Positions 10,326 through 20,392 of a stretch of DNA of 64,000 nt are shown in pieces. The first letter of the stretch is position 1. Each line of letters opens with the position of its first letter. Made by a program: the position numbers and the translations under genes. The DNA is from a phage. Below the pieces are notes generated by a model. The model did not search any database and was not told where the DNA came from. It was given only the letters and a program-made list of their open reading frames with translations. The DNA is taken from sequence record PX418922.1; one strand, written 5' to 3'.

Positions 10326-13300
10326 ATGGCAACATTCCCAACGTATCCAGCAACGTCTCTTGAACAGGGCGTAGATCTGGTTATTTTCTCGTCCAATCAA
10401 CTTCATGATGTTATTAATGGAAGTGCGACAGAAAGTATTGAGACAGAATCAGGGTTGATACCAACCCTGAGAAAAGCCCTTGTTGATAACTTTTTCTTTA
10501 AAAGCCCATTGGATTGGGCGCAAGGCACAAATGAAACGGTTTTTAACCAACTACGTTATTTTCAGAATGGGGTATTGAGCGGTTATTATTATGCTCCTAA
10601 TGCTACATTGGTAAACCCAATCCCTATGCAAGGTACTCCAGTAGGAGATAACAACTGGGTATTGTGGGGATTGAAGACAGAACAATTGGCAACAGAAGTC
10701 ACACCTTGGGTATATTCTGGTGCAACTGGTTATGAAACAGTAATCAGTCCTCCTTACATCTTTGATAGTGCTATTGTTACGATCAATGGTGTTATTCAGG
10801 TTCTGGGGGAAGCTTTCCGTATAGAAGATAGTAAGATCATCTTATCTGAACCTTTGGGACACGATCCTGCAACAGGACTGCCAAACAAGCTTTTCGCTTA
10901 TATTGGTAAAATCGTAGCTTCAGCAGATACAGATCCTAATCTAGAGAACCGTCTTGTTAGTTTAGAAACAAAAACGGAAGAACTAACAGAAAGCATAGAT
11001 AAAGTCCCTCTGCAAACTATTGCTCGTAAATATGGTTTGTTAGATGATGAGGTGGCTTACGCAACAGCAGGTCAATCGTTAACAGGGATTAAAGCTCTGT
11101 ATGATCCGGTAGCACAGTCTTCCTACACATTACCTCCTAACATCACAGGAACTTTAACATCTTTGTCTGTTTCTGGAGTAATGACTTATTCTGGAGGGTC
11201 TGTAGATCTTTCTGCACTAGCTGTTGAACGTGGACAGTTTGTCCATTTGCCTACAAGCTTTGGTAATAATGTAACTCTGACAGCTAAAAATCAGACGATT
11301 GGACGTGGTGCTGGTCGTTATCGTTGGGCTGGAAGTTTACCAAAAAGTATTTTGGCCTCTGACACATTAGAGACAAGCGGTGGATTAGGTCCAAACGCAT
11401 GGGTTCTAACTAATACGGAAGGACTGTTAACCCCTCGTGGTGGAACATACAACGATTTATTCGATGTTGTCTACTTGTCAGAATTTGCTAACAATACAAC
11501 TACCTATACCACACCAGAAGCAGCTTTCCAGGCGGCACTGTTAGCAGCAAAAGCTTCGAAAAGTAAGATTCTCGATGCTTACGGTTGCGATATGACTTTC
11601 ACGACAAGCTCTTTTGATATTCAAGGTATCACTTTGCGTGGTGGTGTGTTCCGTGGTCAACGCGACTATCGTGTGCAGAATGCTACAGTAGAAGGCACAA
11701 CTTTCCGTAACTCTCGTGTTATGTATTGGGGTGGTGCTGTGCGCATGTTCGATTGTTTGTGGGACGGTGCTCCTCGCGCAGGTCAAGTTGGTAGCTTGGT
11801 ATTCCAAGGCAACCCAATATCAGGTACTTTTGAAATTGATAATTGTACTTTTAAAAACGGGTTATATGGCATCCTTCAACAAGGGACAGGAGAACCAGTA
11901 ACACGCGGTGTCTTCCGTAACCTTACCTTCATGGACATGCAAGGTGATGCGATAGAACTGAACGTCATCAATAAACATTATGATGATGGTTGTGTGATTG
12001 AGAATATTTACCTGTCTAATATCGATGGGACTAACGCTCCTATTCCTCTGTCCAACTGGGGTATCGGTATCGGTGTAGCTGGTAAAGGACCATATGGTTA
12101 CGGAATCCCTGATGATCAATATTGCAAGAATATTACAATTCGTAACGTTTTTGCAAAACGTTGCCGTCAGATTGTCCACGTAGAAGTTGGTCGTAATATT
12201 TCTATCGAAAACATTCATGGCGATCCAGATCAAACCGTATCTGTTGGGACAGGTTTGGCAACTGGCGCAGTTGTAATGTATGGAAGTAAAGATTTTACGA
12301 TTGACGGTGTTTATGGAGAGCCTAAAACAGACGGTAGCACACTTGCAAGTAATATCCGTATGATTTATTTGGAGTGGGGAACTAACGCAGTTCTGGACGA
12401 AGAGGGTAATCCGGTAGTTCCGGCACAGGGTAGACCTTCAAACCCATGCTTTAACTATTCTGTTCGTAATATTCACACCAAAACTGGGCGTGTTTTTGCA
12501 GGAGTTTCCGCTGGGCCAGGTTATGAAAACAGAGTTAGCTTTGAAAATATTCGTTGCGCTGCATTGCAGTTGTTCGGTATAGCTTCTTGGCTTTCAATGT
12601 CTAACATCACCTGTAATATCTTCGATTGTGTTGGTCAACCTGAATCTGGTCCAGGGACATTTTATGATGGATTCTTCCGTAGAGAAAAATCTGTTCTTGA
12701 AATGGTTAACGTGAACTGTTACCCAGATGGCAAGACGATGGTTACTGGTCGTCCACAGTGGAGCCGTTGCCGTTACTCGGATATTCATCGTGTCAACTGT
12801 AATGTTGAAGCTAATATGTATACCAATATCGCAGGTGGTATTGGAGCTATTGTAGGGACAACGGGCAAAGTTTATTACTTAGAGCCTAATCCTAGTCGAA
12901 ACATTGATGGAATGCATTTCCCAACAGGGAAAGAGTTTGACAAAGGTGATATGATAGTCAAGGCGGATAATACGTTCTTCCTTGTAACAACAAGTGGGGC
13001 ATATATTCCAGATATCCCAGCTTTCGGTATTCGAGCTACACAGGCAGGAGATACCTTCCTGACACAGAACTTGACTCCTAACGGGACAGCAACAAATGCT
13101 TCTTGGTTGTATCATTACCCTCTGTCAGCAGGGACACGTATCCGTATTCCTGGTGCTGGCGTAGGTGGAGCAGATTTGGACACAGTTATTACTCGTGCAC
13201 CTTATCAAGATAATGATACGTGGACTAACCCAGTTAAAATAGACATTGCAGATCCAATTGTAACGCCTACAAGTGCTGGAGTTAGAATTAAAACCATACC

Positions 13301-13379
13301 TAATGATTCCAGTAATGTTTCTGTAGGTAATACTGCGGTTATTCGCCCAACGCCAGTAGTAGATGTGCCAACAACCTAA
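10326..13379 (+). CDS. tail fibre / tailspike-like protein
   Basis: 1017-aa ORF; contains shared fibre motif 'YRWAGSLPKSILASDTLETSGGLGPNAWV' (nt ~11298-11420) and a segment homologous to the 5697-6002 product. Confidence 0.55.
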   Translation: MATFPTYPATSLEQGVDLVIFSSNQLHDVINGSATESIETESGLIPTLRKALVDNFFFKSPLDWAQGTNETVFNQLRYFQNGVLSGYYYAPNATLVNPIPMQGTPVGDNNWVLWGLKTEQLATEVTPWVYSGATGYETVISPPYIFDSAIVTINGVIQVLGEAFRIEDSKIILSEPLGHDPATGLPNKLFAYIGKIVASADTDPNLENRLVSLETKTEELTESIDKVPLQTIARKYGLLDDEVAYATAGQSLTGIKALYDPVAQSSYTLPPNITGTLTSLSVSGVMTYSGGSVDLSALAVERGQFVHLPTSFGNNVTLTAKNQTIGRGAGRYRWAGSLPKSILASDTLETSGGLGPNAWVLTNTEGLLTPRGGTYNDLFDVVYLSEFANNTTTYTTPEAAFQAALLAAKASKSKILDAYGCDMTFTTSSFDIQGITLRGGVFRGQRDYRVQNATVEGTTFRNSRVMYWGGAVRMFDCLWDGAPRAGQVGSLVFQGNPISGTFEIDNCTFKNGLYGILQQGTGEPVTRGVFRNLTFMDMQGDAIELNVINKHYDDGCVIENIYLSNIDGTNAPIPLSNWGIGIGVAGKGPYGYGIPDDQYCKNITIRNVFAKRCRQIVHVEVGRNISIENIHGDPDQTVSVGTGLATGAVVMYGSKDFTIDGVYGEPKTDGSTLASNIRMIYLEWGTNAVLDEEGNPVVPAQGRPSNPCFNYSVRNIHTKTGRVFAGVSAGPGYENRVSFENIRCAALQLFGIASWLSMSNITCNIFDCVGQPESGPGTFYDGFFRREKSVLEMVNVNCYPDGKTMVTGRPQWSRCRYSDIHRVNCNVEANMYTNIAGGIGAIVGTTGKVYYLEPNPSRNIDGMHFPTGKEFDKGDMIVKADNTFFLVTTSGAYIPDIPAFGIRATQAGDTFLTQNLTPNGTATNASWLYHYPLSAGTRIRIPGAGVGGADLDTVITRAPYQDNDTWTNPVKIDIADPIVTPTSAGVRIKTIPNDSSNVSVGNTAVIRPTPVVDVPTT

Positions 13380-13440
13380 TGGAATAGAGGGGGATTCCCC
13401 CTCTTCTTCCAATAGAATGGTCTAATGATAGGAGAGATAA

Positions 13441-15465
13441 ATGAATTTAACAAGACCTAATAGTGCGATAGCCGATCTGGTAGAAGCTACTTATCGAAAA
13501 CGTCGCAGCTTTGAGGCAGGTTTTACATTACGTAATTCCCGTGAAGTTTTGCTGTTAGCAGCAGAAGGGAATTATTACCAATGGAAAGGAACTTTTCCTA
13601 AAGTAGTTCCAGCAAACTCTACGCCAGCCACCACAGGTGGTATTTCTTCCCTTGCATGGCAAAGTGTTGGGACCGCTGATGATATAGCAATTATCAATGC
13701 CAAGTTTACGGCAATGCAGCAACAGATTGATGATCTGTCGGAAACAATACCTGAAGCTGGTAAATCGGCTTATCAGATCGCACTTGATAATGGTTTTGTT
13801 GGAACAGAAGCACAATGGCTTGCTTCTTTGAAAGGGGATACTGGTGCTCAACTTAATATTAAAGGATCATTAGCAAGCACTAGTGAACTACCATCCACAG
13901 GTAACGTTGCAGGGGATGGTTATATCGTAGGTGATGTAATCTACGCTTGGGATGGTTCTGTTTGGAAACTTATTTCTTCTCTTGGACCAGAAGGTAAATC
14001 AGCTTACGAGATATGGTTGGCAGATGGTAATACAGGATCTGTTTATGATTTTCTTACCTCTATAAAAGGTGATAAAGGCGATGTTGGTCCTACAGGGCCA
14101 CAGGGAGCACCTGGTGTTAACGCCAACGGTTTTGATTATCGTGGGGATTTGCCTTCTACAAGTAACTTACCACAACCTAACTCTGAAAACGTAAGCCAAG
14201 CTTATTCTATCAATGGTAATCTTTATGTCTCTAATGGGACAGCTTGGGTCAACATGGGTAATATTGTTGGTCCTCAAGGTCCACAAGGTGAGGCAGGTAA
14301 AGACGGTCTAGATGGAACAGATGGAGATGAAGGGAAATCTGCATATCAAAGTTGGCTGGATGCTGGTAACGAAGGGACAGAAGTAGATTTTATTGCCTCA
14401 CTTAAAGGTCCAAAAGGAGACAAGGGTGATCAAGGAGAGCGAGGTCCACAAGGTGAACTAGGTCCGCAAGGACCAGTGGGTGCAACAGGATCAGGTTTAG
14501 AGATTATCGGGGTTCTGAACAGCGAAGCTGAACTTCCTCCTACTGGAGAAGTAGGTGATGCATATAAAATTAATAATGATTTGTATGTTTGGGTTCAAGA
14601 TGCTACGGAATGGATGAATGTTGGCAGTCTTGGAGGAACATCAATTACAGCTAAAGGGCATGTTCCGAACAGTGAAGCTCTCCCTGTTTACAATAACTAT
14701 GGCGATGCCTACTTAACTGAAGACACCAGTAATCTTTACATCTATACCTACGATCAAGACACCAATTCCGCATCTTTTGTTGACATGGGAAGTATTAAAG
14801 GCGACAAAGGTGAAAAAGGGGATAAAGGAGATAAGGGTGATCCTGGAACAAACGGAACCAACGGTACTAATGGGACCAACGGTAAGGACGGCGCACAGTG
14901 GTTTGTAGCAACAACTAATCCAGTCGCAGGTGATGGTGTTATCAATGATTACGCTTTCAATACTACCACTGGAGCAGTGTTTAAGAAAACAGATTCTTCT
15001 ACATGGACACTTATAGGAACTCTTCCTAGTATACCAGAAGCACCTCAAGACGGCTTGACGTATGGTCGTTCTGATGGGAACTGGATCGAAATATCAGGAT
15101 CAGATCCTACAGAAGCTATAACACCAACTAAAGTTACAGCAGGTTTCATGGAACTTGAAACAACTACTGCCAACTCTGGAGCATCTTGGACTCCTTCTGG
15201 AACTTCCAATATGTATGTTGTTACAGTAACTGACGCTCTGACAGTTGGAGCATGGCCTGGTGTCACTGGCTCTACAAAACCTAAAGCGTTTTCAGCAATG
15301 ATTTATTTGATTCAAGATACAACGGGACACACGGTTACACTAGATGCGTCTTATGGAGCACTAAATGATACAGAAATAGCAACTACTGCTAACGCAGTAA
15401 CAATTTTGCAATTAACGTATCCTGGTGTGGGTAATATCGTGGACATGGTTGTTGTAACACGATAA
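13441..15465 (+). CDS. collagen-like tail fibre protein
   Basis: 674-aa ORF with multiple Gly-X-Y tracts (e.g. 'GPQGPQGEAGKDGLDGTDG', 'GDKGEKGDKGDKGDPGTNGTNGTNGTNGKDG') and shared fibre N-terminal motif 'WKGTFPKVVPANSTPATTGG'. Confidence 0.65.
   Translation: MNLTRPNSAIADLVEATYRKRRSFEAGFTLRNSREVLLLAAEGNYYQWKGTFPKVVPANSTPATTGGISSLAWQSVGTADDIAIINAKFTAMQQQIDDLSETIPEAGKSAYQIALDNGFVGTEAQWLASLKGDTGAQLNIKGSLASTSELPSTGNVAGDGYIVGDVIYAWDGSVWKLISSLGPEGKSAYEIWLADGNTGSVYDFLTSIKGDKGDVGPTGPQGAPGVNANGFDYRGDLPSTSNLPQPNSENVSQAYSINGNLYVSNGTAWVNMGNIVGPQGPQGEAGKDGLDGTDGDEGKSAYQSWLDAGNEGTEVDFIASLKGPKGDKGDQGERGPQGELGPQGPVGATGSGLEIIGVLNSEAELPPTGEVGDAYKINNDLYVWVQDATEWMNVGSLGGTSITAKGHVPNSEALPVYNNYGDAYLTEDTSNLYIYTYDQDTNSASFVDMGSIKGDKGEKGDKGDKGDPGTNGTNGTNGTNGKDGAQWFVATTNPVAGDGVINDYAFNTTTGAVFKKTDSSTWTLIGTLPSIPEAPQDGLTYGRSDGNWIEISGSDPTEAITPTKVTAGFMELETTTANSGASWTPSGTSNMYVVTVTDALTVGAWPGVTGSTKPKAFSAMIYLIQDTTGHTVTLDASYGALNDTEIATTANAVTILQLTYPGVGNIVDMVVVTR
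14845..14880 (+). repeat. in-frame 9-bp (Gly-Thr-Asn)x4 tandem repeat inside collagen-like fibre gene
   Basis: 'ggaacaaac ggaaccaac ggtactaat gggaccaac' read directly. Confidence 0.6.
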
Positions 15466-15466
15466 C

Positions 15467-15494
15467 AGAAGCCCCGAAAGGGGCTTTCTTTTTA
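15467..15494 (+). terminator. rho-independent terminator
   Basis: 'agaagccccgaaaggggcttct' hairpin followed by 'ttttt' immediately after fibre gene stop. Confidence 0.7.
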
Positions 15495-15506
15495 TGGAGG
15501 GTTTAA

Positions 15507-18182
15507 ATGTTTCCAATTCCAATATTTACTATTATGACCAGCACTGGTGTCGTTCCTCTGCCAGCAGGTATTGTTAAAAAAGTAATCACTTTAGATTACC
15601 CAGATAATGCTGGGAATTCTAATAGCAGTTTAGCAATTTTGCTTAATGATGGTAGATTGTTTACTCAAGGCGCAAACCTTTTTGGTGAGATTGCAGATGG
15701 AACTCGTAGTGCACGATTCAATAATTTCCACTTGGCTTCTACTGTAGTAGCGGATGTGTTTACCGCAGATCGTTGTTTTGTTATTAAAACTAACAGTGGA
15801 GGATGGCAATATTCAGGATTGACAGCAGGATTGGTAGGATCTATAGCAGCAGGTGGTACGGACGCATGTGTAACTACTTGGACCAGCTTTCCATCTGTAA
15901 TAACAGGGACTATCTCTTTAGCTAATCTTAAAGAGGTTAAGGGAGGATATAACAACACTCTCTGGTTAATGAATAGTGGTGTTCTTTATGGATCAGGTCA
16001 AAACACAGTAGGCAGTTTAGGTGCAAGTACTACTAACGAAGTTTCTACTCCTCGTCAGATAACAAGTGCAGCAGTTGCTTTTGATGCAGGTTACAACCAA
16101 TGCTCTTATGTCAACAATGTGGGAACCTTGCGTGTTTGTGGAGCTAGTAAAGGTTTAGCAGGTAATAATAACACAACAACAGCTTTTGTCAATGCTAAGA
16201 TATCCGCTACTGAAACAGTGTATGTCAAAGATTACATCAATACAGTTTCCCAGACAATAGTTGTAGGAGATACCTCCGGTGGCACGGGTACAGTAAACTA
16301 CTTATATGTTAGGTCTAATACAGAAACAACCTACACTAAACTGGATACCTTTGCAGCAGGTTTCTCAACATGGAAGTTTCCACCAAGCCGCCACTCTTTT
16401 TTCGTTGGGATCAATAATTCCTTGTGGGCTATTGGTAAGAACTACACTGCAAACTTAGGTTTGGGGTATGATTCTGCGAGCGGAGATCCACTCCAAGTGG
16501 GAAAACCAGTTAAACCTGAAGGAGTGGGTTCTTGGGATATAAACAAGCTCACAAGCGTTCATACGCTGAATATGGATGTTACTAACCAATTAGGTTATCA
16601 AGGAACCTTTTTCGTTTATAATGGAGATATGTATTATTCCGGTATTTGGAAAGATGGGAAAGCCTCGTATCTGTTCAATAGCGGTCTAAACTATAATAAA
16701 TTCACACCAATAGCAAGCTCCGTGATTACGGGTGATATTCTGGCAACTGGCTTAACTACAGATTCTTTAGGAATTTGTATTGTAGGTGGAACTAAACAGT
16801 TGACACATTCTGTTAGCCCAGAAGGAGGTAAACTTTTCAATATTAAATACACTTCTTCTGCCCCTGCAAACATGACAATATCATCTACTGGTTTAATGAC
16901 TTTCCATGCAGAAGGTGGTTTTGATGCAGGTATGACAGCCTTAAACGCTGAAGGAACAACTTTATCAGATACCTCTGGAGGATATGCTTCAACATTGAGT
17001 GTTTACACCCCTAGCTTATCTGCGATGGATGTAGGAACAACACAAACAATGGTAGCAGAAATAACGCCAACAGGAGCAGCAAGCTTACCTGGCATGGTTG
17101 TTGAGTATTTCTCTAATGACCCTACGGTAGCAACAGTTGACCCCGTTACAGGCGTTATTACAGCGGTTGCTGATGGAGGTTGTCGTATCGGTTGTAGAGC
17201 AACTTATCAAGGTGTGGTAACTGCCGAAGATAGTTCTTATCTCACAGTGAATGCTGTGGTGATTGTGATGGATTATGATTTGACGCAAGAAACTATTCCG
17301 GCGGATGTAAAGGTCAACAGGAGTAACCGTTATGCCAGGGCTTCTGGAGATATCCTTGTACCTACAGAGAGTTCTGCTCCCGTAGCACCTTTAGAATATG
17401 TTGGTACAACTCCACAAGGTAGACGTGTTGTAGCAGCCAACCGTACACATATCTTTATCAACAATAACTTGACAACAGCTTCCCCGTGGTTGAAGACGAA
17501 CTTGACAGTCACAGCATCAACAATCAACTCTCCGGTTGGAACTACGGCTAACACTTACAAGTTAACACCTTCTACAACTTCAGGACAACATATTTTATCA
17601 GCAGTGAATACAGCTTCTGATATTACAGCAGGTAAGCACTGGGCGGCATCCGTATTCTTGAAGCCAGATGGGATCACTAAAGTGAAACTCAAATTGACTT
17701 CAGGAGATGAGATTAACGAAGGGACTTATGATCTTGTAGCTGGAACATTTACAGGTGCAGATGCAAACATAATCGATATGGGGAATGGTTGGTATCGTGT
17801 AATTCTACACAAAGTGACAGTTGCCAAACAAGCATCTATAACCTATGAGATTATAGCTTTGAATGCAAGTGGATCAGACACTTTCGCAGGAGATGGTACG
17901 GCAGGTCTTATTGCTTGGGTTCCACAGCTTGAGATGGGGGATATGACAAATCCAGTTTGGGCGGGGACACCATTTGTTTGTTCTTATGCACGAGACACTA
18001 CCAGTGCTGTTACCTTCACTATTCCTAAGAATGGACATACTGGCGTGGACATTTACCACACTGATGGTACTGTGCAACGAGAGGTCTTCACTGGTACAGC
18101 TACAACTTGGATGTTGACGTTCACCGCCGCAAGTGCGGATTGGGGATCGAAGTTCATTACAGGTTTGAAATATTACGACTAA
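15507..18182 (+). CDS. tail fibre protein with Ig-like (Big_2-like) region
   Basis: 891-aa Thr/Ser/Gly-rich ORF; segment '..ATYQGVVTAEDSSYLTVNAVV' resembles bacterial Ig-like domains. Confidence 0.5.
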   Translation: MFPIPIFTIMTSTGVVPLPAGIVKKVITLDYPDNAGNSNSSLAILLNDGRLFTQGANLFGEIADGTRSARFNNFHLASTVVADVFTADRCFVIKTNSGGWQYSGLTAGLVGSIAAGGTDACVTTWTSFPSVITGTISLANLKEVKGGYNNTLWLMNSGVLYGSGQNTVGSLGASTTNEVSTPRQITSAAVAFDAGYNQCSYVNNVGTLRVCGASKGLAGNNNTTTAFVNAKISATETVYVKDYINTVSQTIVVGDTSGGTGTVNYLYVRSNTETTYTKLDTFAAGFSTWKFPPSRHSFFVGINNSLWAIGKNYTANLGLGYDSASGDPLQVGKPVKPEGVGSWDINKLTSVHTLNMDVTNQLGYQGTFFVYNGDMYYSGIWKDGKASYLFNSGLNYNKFTPIASSVITGDILATGLTTDSLGICIVGGTKQLTHSVSPEGGKLFNIKYTSSAPANMTISSTGLMTFHAEGGFDAGMTALNAEGTTLSDTSGGYASTLSVYTPSLSAMDVGTTQTMVAEITPTGAASLPGMVVEYFSNDPTVATVDPVTGVITAVADGGCRIGCRATYQGVVTAEDSSYLTVNAVVIVMDYDLTQETIPADVKVNRSNRYARASGDILVPTESSAPVAPLEYVGTTPQGRRVVAANRTHIFINNNLTTASPWLKTNLTVTASTINSPVGTTANTYKLTPSTTSGQHILSAVNTASDITAGKHWAASVFLKPDGITKVKLKLTSGDEINEGTYDLVAGTFTGADANIIDMGNGWYRVILHKVTVAKQASITYEIIALNASGSDTFAGDGTAGLIAWVPQLEMGDMTNPVWAGTPFVCSYARDTTSAVTFTIPKNGHTGVDIYHTDGTVQREVFTGTATTWMLTFTAASADWGSKFITGLKYYD

Positions 18183-18189
18183 TAAAAAA

Positions 18190-18218
18190 GGGAACCTTTG
18201 CGGGTTCCCTTTTCTTTT
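18190..18218. terminator. bidirectional rho-independent terminator between convergent gene blocks
   Basis: 'gggaacctttgcgggttccc' hairpin flanked by A-run upstream and T-run downstream. Confidence 0.65.
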
Positions 18219-18245
18219 ATAAAAACTCTTTATAAATCAATAAGA

Positions 18246-19133
18246 TCAGAATGGAATATCATCGTCGAAGTCCATTGGAGGTTCTTCTTGATTACTTGGA
18301 GTTGGTTCTGGTTGTGGTTCAGGTTTCTTAACTTCTTTCTTCTCTTCTTTCTTAGGCTGTTCTGCGGAACCACGAATGGCAGCAGCAACTTTATCAGACA
18401 GAGCCAGAACTTTACGAGCAGAATCAATCAGATCTTCTACAGATACAGTCTTAATAGTATGGTCTTTACAAGCATTGAGGATAGCGTGACCAACAGATGC
18501 CCCAAGATCATAATCATTAATATCAACGCCACGAGATTCAGCAATTTCCGATTTCAGCGTGACAGTTGCAGATTGAACAACCCCAGCGATATCGAAAGCA
18601 TCGCCTTTAACACCATTACGAATCAGTTCCAGTGCACCATTTACTGCGTGACCAGTTTCCAGACCTACAGTATCACGTTTTTTATAGGATTGCTTAGGAG
18701 CAGCATCGTTGGAACCTTTATTGCCAGAAGATTTGTTAGACTTCTGAACACCATCGGTAGACAATACTGTAATACGAGATTTTTTAGTATTGTAGTAAGT
18801 TTTACCGCCTTTATTATCAACGCGATCAATATCAATACTTACTTCTACACCTTTTTCAATAGTGATCCAATTATCGCCTTCTTTGACTTGCAGGTTTTCA
18901 TAACCTTCTTTCAGTTCAATGTCACCAAGAGAAATCCAAACACCTTTCTCATCTGGTTTAGCACCTTTCTCTTTCAGAACAAGAGAAGCTCGGTGAGTTG
19001 AAACAATCGTTTTTCCTTCCCAATGGAAGGTTTTAGGTTCAGCGAATTTATCCAGTTTAACGTAGTCTACGATACCAGTTGCATAAGTTACGGTTTTGCC
19101 TTTACGATCAGTTTCAGTATTAATTACGGACAT
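18246..19133 (-). CDS. ssb: single-stranded DNA-binding protein-like
   Basis: 295-aa ORF ending in 'MDFDDDIPF', the canonical acidic SSB C-terminal tip; adjacent to replication genes. Confidence 0.6.
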   Translation of the reverse strand: MSVINTETDRKGKTVTYATGIVDYVKLDKFAEPKTFHWEGKTIVSTHRASLVLKEKGAKPDEKGVWISLGDIELKEGYENLQVKEGDNWITIEKGVEVSIDIDRVDNKGGKTYYNTKKSRITVLSTDGVQKSNKSSGNKGSNDAAPKQSYKKRDTVGLETGHAVNGALELIRNGVKGDAFDIAGVVQSATVTLKSEIAESRGVDINDYDLGASVGHAILNACKDHTIKTVSVEDLIDSARKVLALSDKVAAAIRGSAEQPKKEEKKEVKKPEPQPEPTPSNQEEPPMDFDDDIPF

Positions 19134-19149
19134 TATTATCTCCTCTACA

Positions 19150-19542
19150 TTACATTAATTTTGCACAGAAAGAGCGGAGTCTTTCCATATCATCTTGCTC
19201 TAACAGGTATTTACCTTTACCTATTCCAACTCCAATTTCACCATTAGGAAAATGAACTATTTGCACTGGGAAACCTCCGAGTTTAATTGTGGCAGCTTTG
19301 CCTTCTTCGTCTATAACGTTTCGGATTGTATCTTGCAGTGAAATGAATTCTTTGTTTGTAACAGTGGTTTCAATTATTTCAGATGTTTCGACACGAGCAG
19401 TTAGCTTCTTGTTTCCACCTTGAATAACCAAAATTTGAAAATAAAAAGAGTTGTCAAGACCTACAACATTTTTCTCAACTAGTGTCAAACTGGTATAGTT
19501 TCCATAAACAGTTTCAACAGCTATCTTAGAACGTTCAGTCAT
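19150..19542 (-). CDS. hypothetical protein
   Basis: 130-aa ORF, no recognisable motif. Confidence 0.45.
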   Translation of the reverse strand: MTERSKIAVETVYGNYTSLTLVEKNVVGLDNSFYFQILVIQGGNKKLTARVETSEIIETTVTNKEFISLQDTIRNVIDEEGKAATIKLGGFPVQIVHFPNGEIGVGIGKGKYLLEQDDMERLRSFCAKLM

Positions 19543-19587
19543 TGAATGCTATCCTATCATAAAATGTTTAATATTGTCAAGCTTTAA

Positions 19588-20181
19588 TTACCAAGGAATA
19601 TCATCTTCTTCCAATCTGGTATCTACTTGAGGTGGACGTGGAACCTTAACCTCTTTCACAAAACGAAGATATGGGAAACGTGTAGCAATTTTAATAACAT
19701 GTTTGGCATCTTCTCTAACATCTTTGTGCAAGAAGCAGATCCCTGTTTCCAAGGTTGTTTCAAAATCTTTAGAATAATAACAGTCCTTCCCATCAAATGC
19801 AGCCTGGCAGATGGACAGATCGAACTCATTTAGAAAGGTTGTCATTACGCTTGGTTCCATAATCATAAGGTTGCAAAGCTGACCATCACGTTCAAACTCA
19901 AAAACGTGTTTAAGACCAGTAACACCTTCATAATTGTCAGAAGCCTCTTTGTTCCCTAGTTTACGAATATTGGTTCCCATTAAAGCAGATGCAATTAATC
20001 CTTGTATTTGTTCTTCAGTCCGATGTGCAGGAAGGGATGTATAGAAATCCAGATCACGTCCAGCAATATCAAGAATACGCCAATCACGAACAGCACCGCC
20101 AGCCAAGACAGAATTAGGATCAGCGATCTTTAATATGGTAAGAATTTCTTTGGCAATATTGATTTGTTTTGATTTAGTCAT
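19588..20181 (-). CDS. Pol-beta superfamily nucleotidyltransferase (CCA/poly(A) polymerase head-domain-like)
   Basis: 'GGAVRDWRILDIAGRDLD' matches GGAVRD..DxD motif of class II tRNA nucleotidyltransferase head domain; C-terminus 'EEDDIPW' resembles SSB tail. Confidence 0.5.
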   Translation of the reverse strand: MTKSKQINIAKEILTILKIADPNSVLAGGAVRDWRILDIAGRDLDFYTSLPAHRTEEQIQGLIASALMGTNIRKLGNKEASDNYEGVTGLKHVFEFERDGQLCNLMIMEPSVMTTFLNEFDLSICQAAFDGKDCYYSKDFETTLETGICFLHKDVREDAKHVIKIATRFPYLRFVKEVKVPRPPQVDTRLEEDDIPW

Positions 20182-20392
20182 TGATACGCTCCACAGTTAC
20201 TTTTACAACATCGTCCATATTAATCTCATCCCCTAAGACCTCAATAACACCTTCCTCATAAAGTCGAGCACATTCTTCCCACACTTCAGCTTCCGTCATT
20301 CCACCTGCAATCTTATTTGCAAGACCTTTAATAACATCTTCATTTTGTTCATCAACAAGAATTGAAACATTAAAGCTCACTAATTTACGCAT
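20174..20392 (-). CDS. hypothetical small acidic protein
   Basis: 72-aa ORF overlapping neighbour start by 8 nt. Confidence 0.4.
   Translation of the reverse strand: MRKLVSFNVSILVDEQNEDVIKGLANKIAGGMTEAEVWEECARLYEEGVIEVLGDEINMDDVVKVTVERIND

Noticed and set aside
13386-13404. GC-rich hairpin 'agagggggattccccctct' between fibre genes (a similar one lies at 31229-31248)
   Set aside because: Not followed by a clear U-run; could be a weak terminator or RNA processing site, but support is insufficient to call it
14754-14945. 63-aa minus-strand ORF rich in Pro/Leu/Ser inside the collagen-like fibre gene
   Set aside because: It is the antisense reading of the Gly-X-Y repeat region; a low-complexity artefact with no RBS
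18198-19001. 267-aa plus-strand ORF overlapping the SSB-like gene
   Set aside because: Low-complexity Phe/Ile/Asn-rich antisense frame of a well-supported minus-strand gene; it starts inside the bidirectional terminator
19561-19585. TTGACA upstream of the 19150-19542 gene as a promoter
   Set aside because: No acceptable -10 hexamer at 16-18 nt spacing; left uncalled
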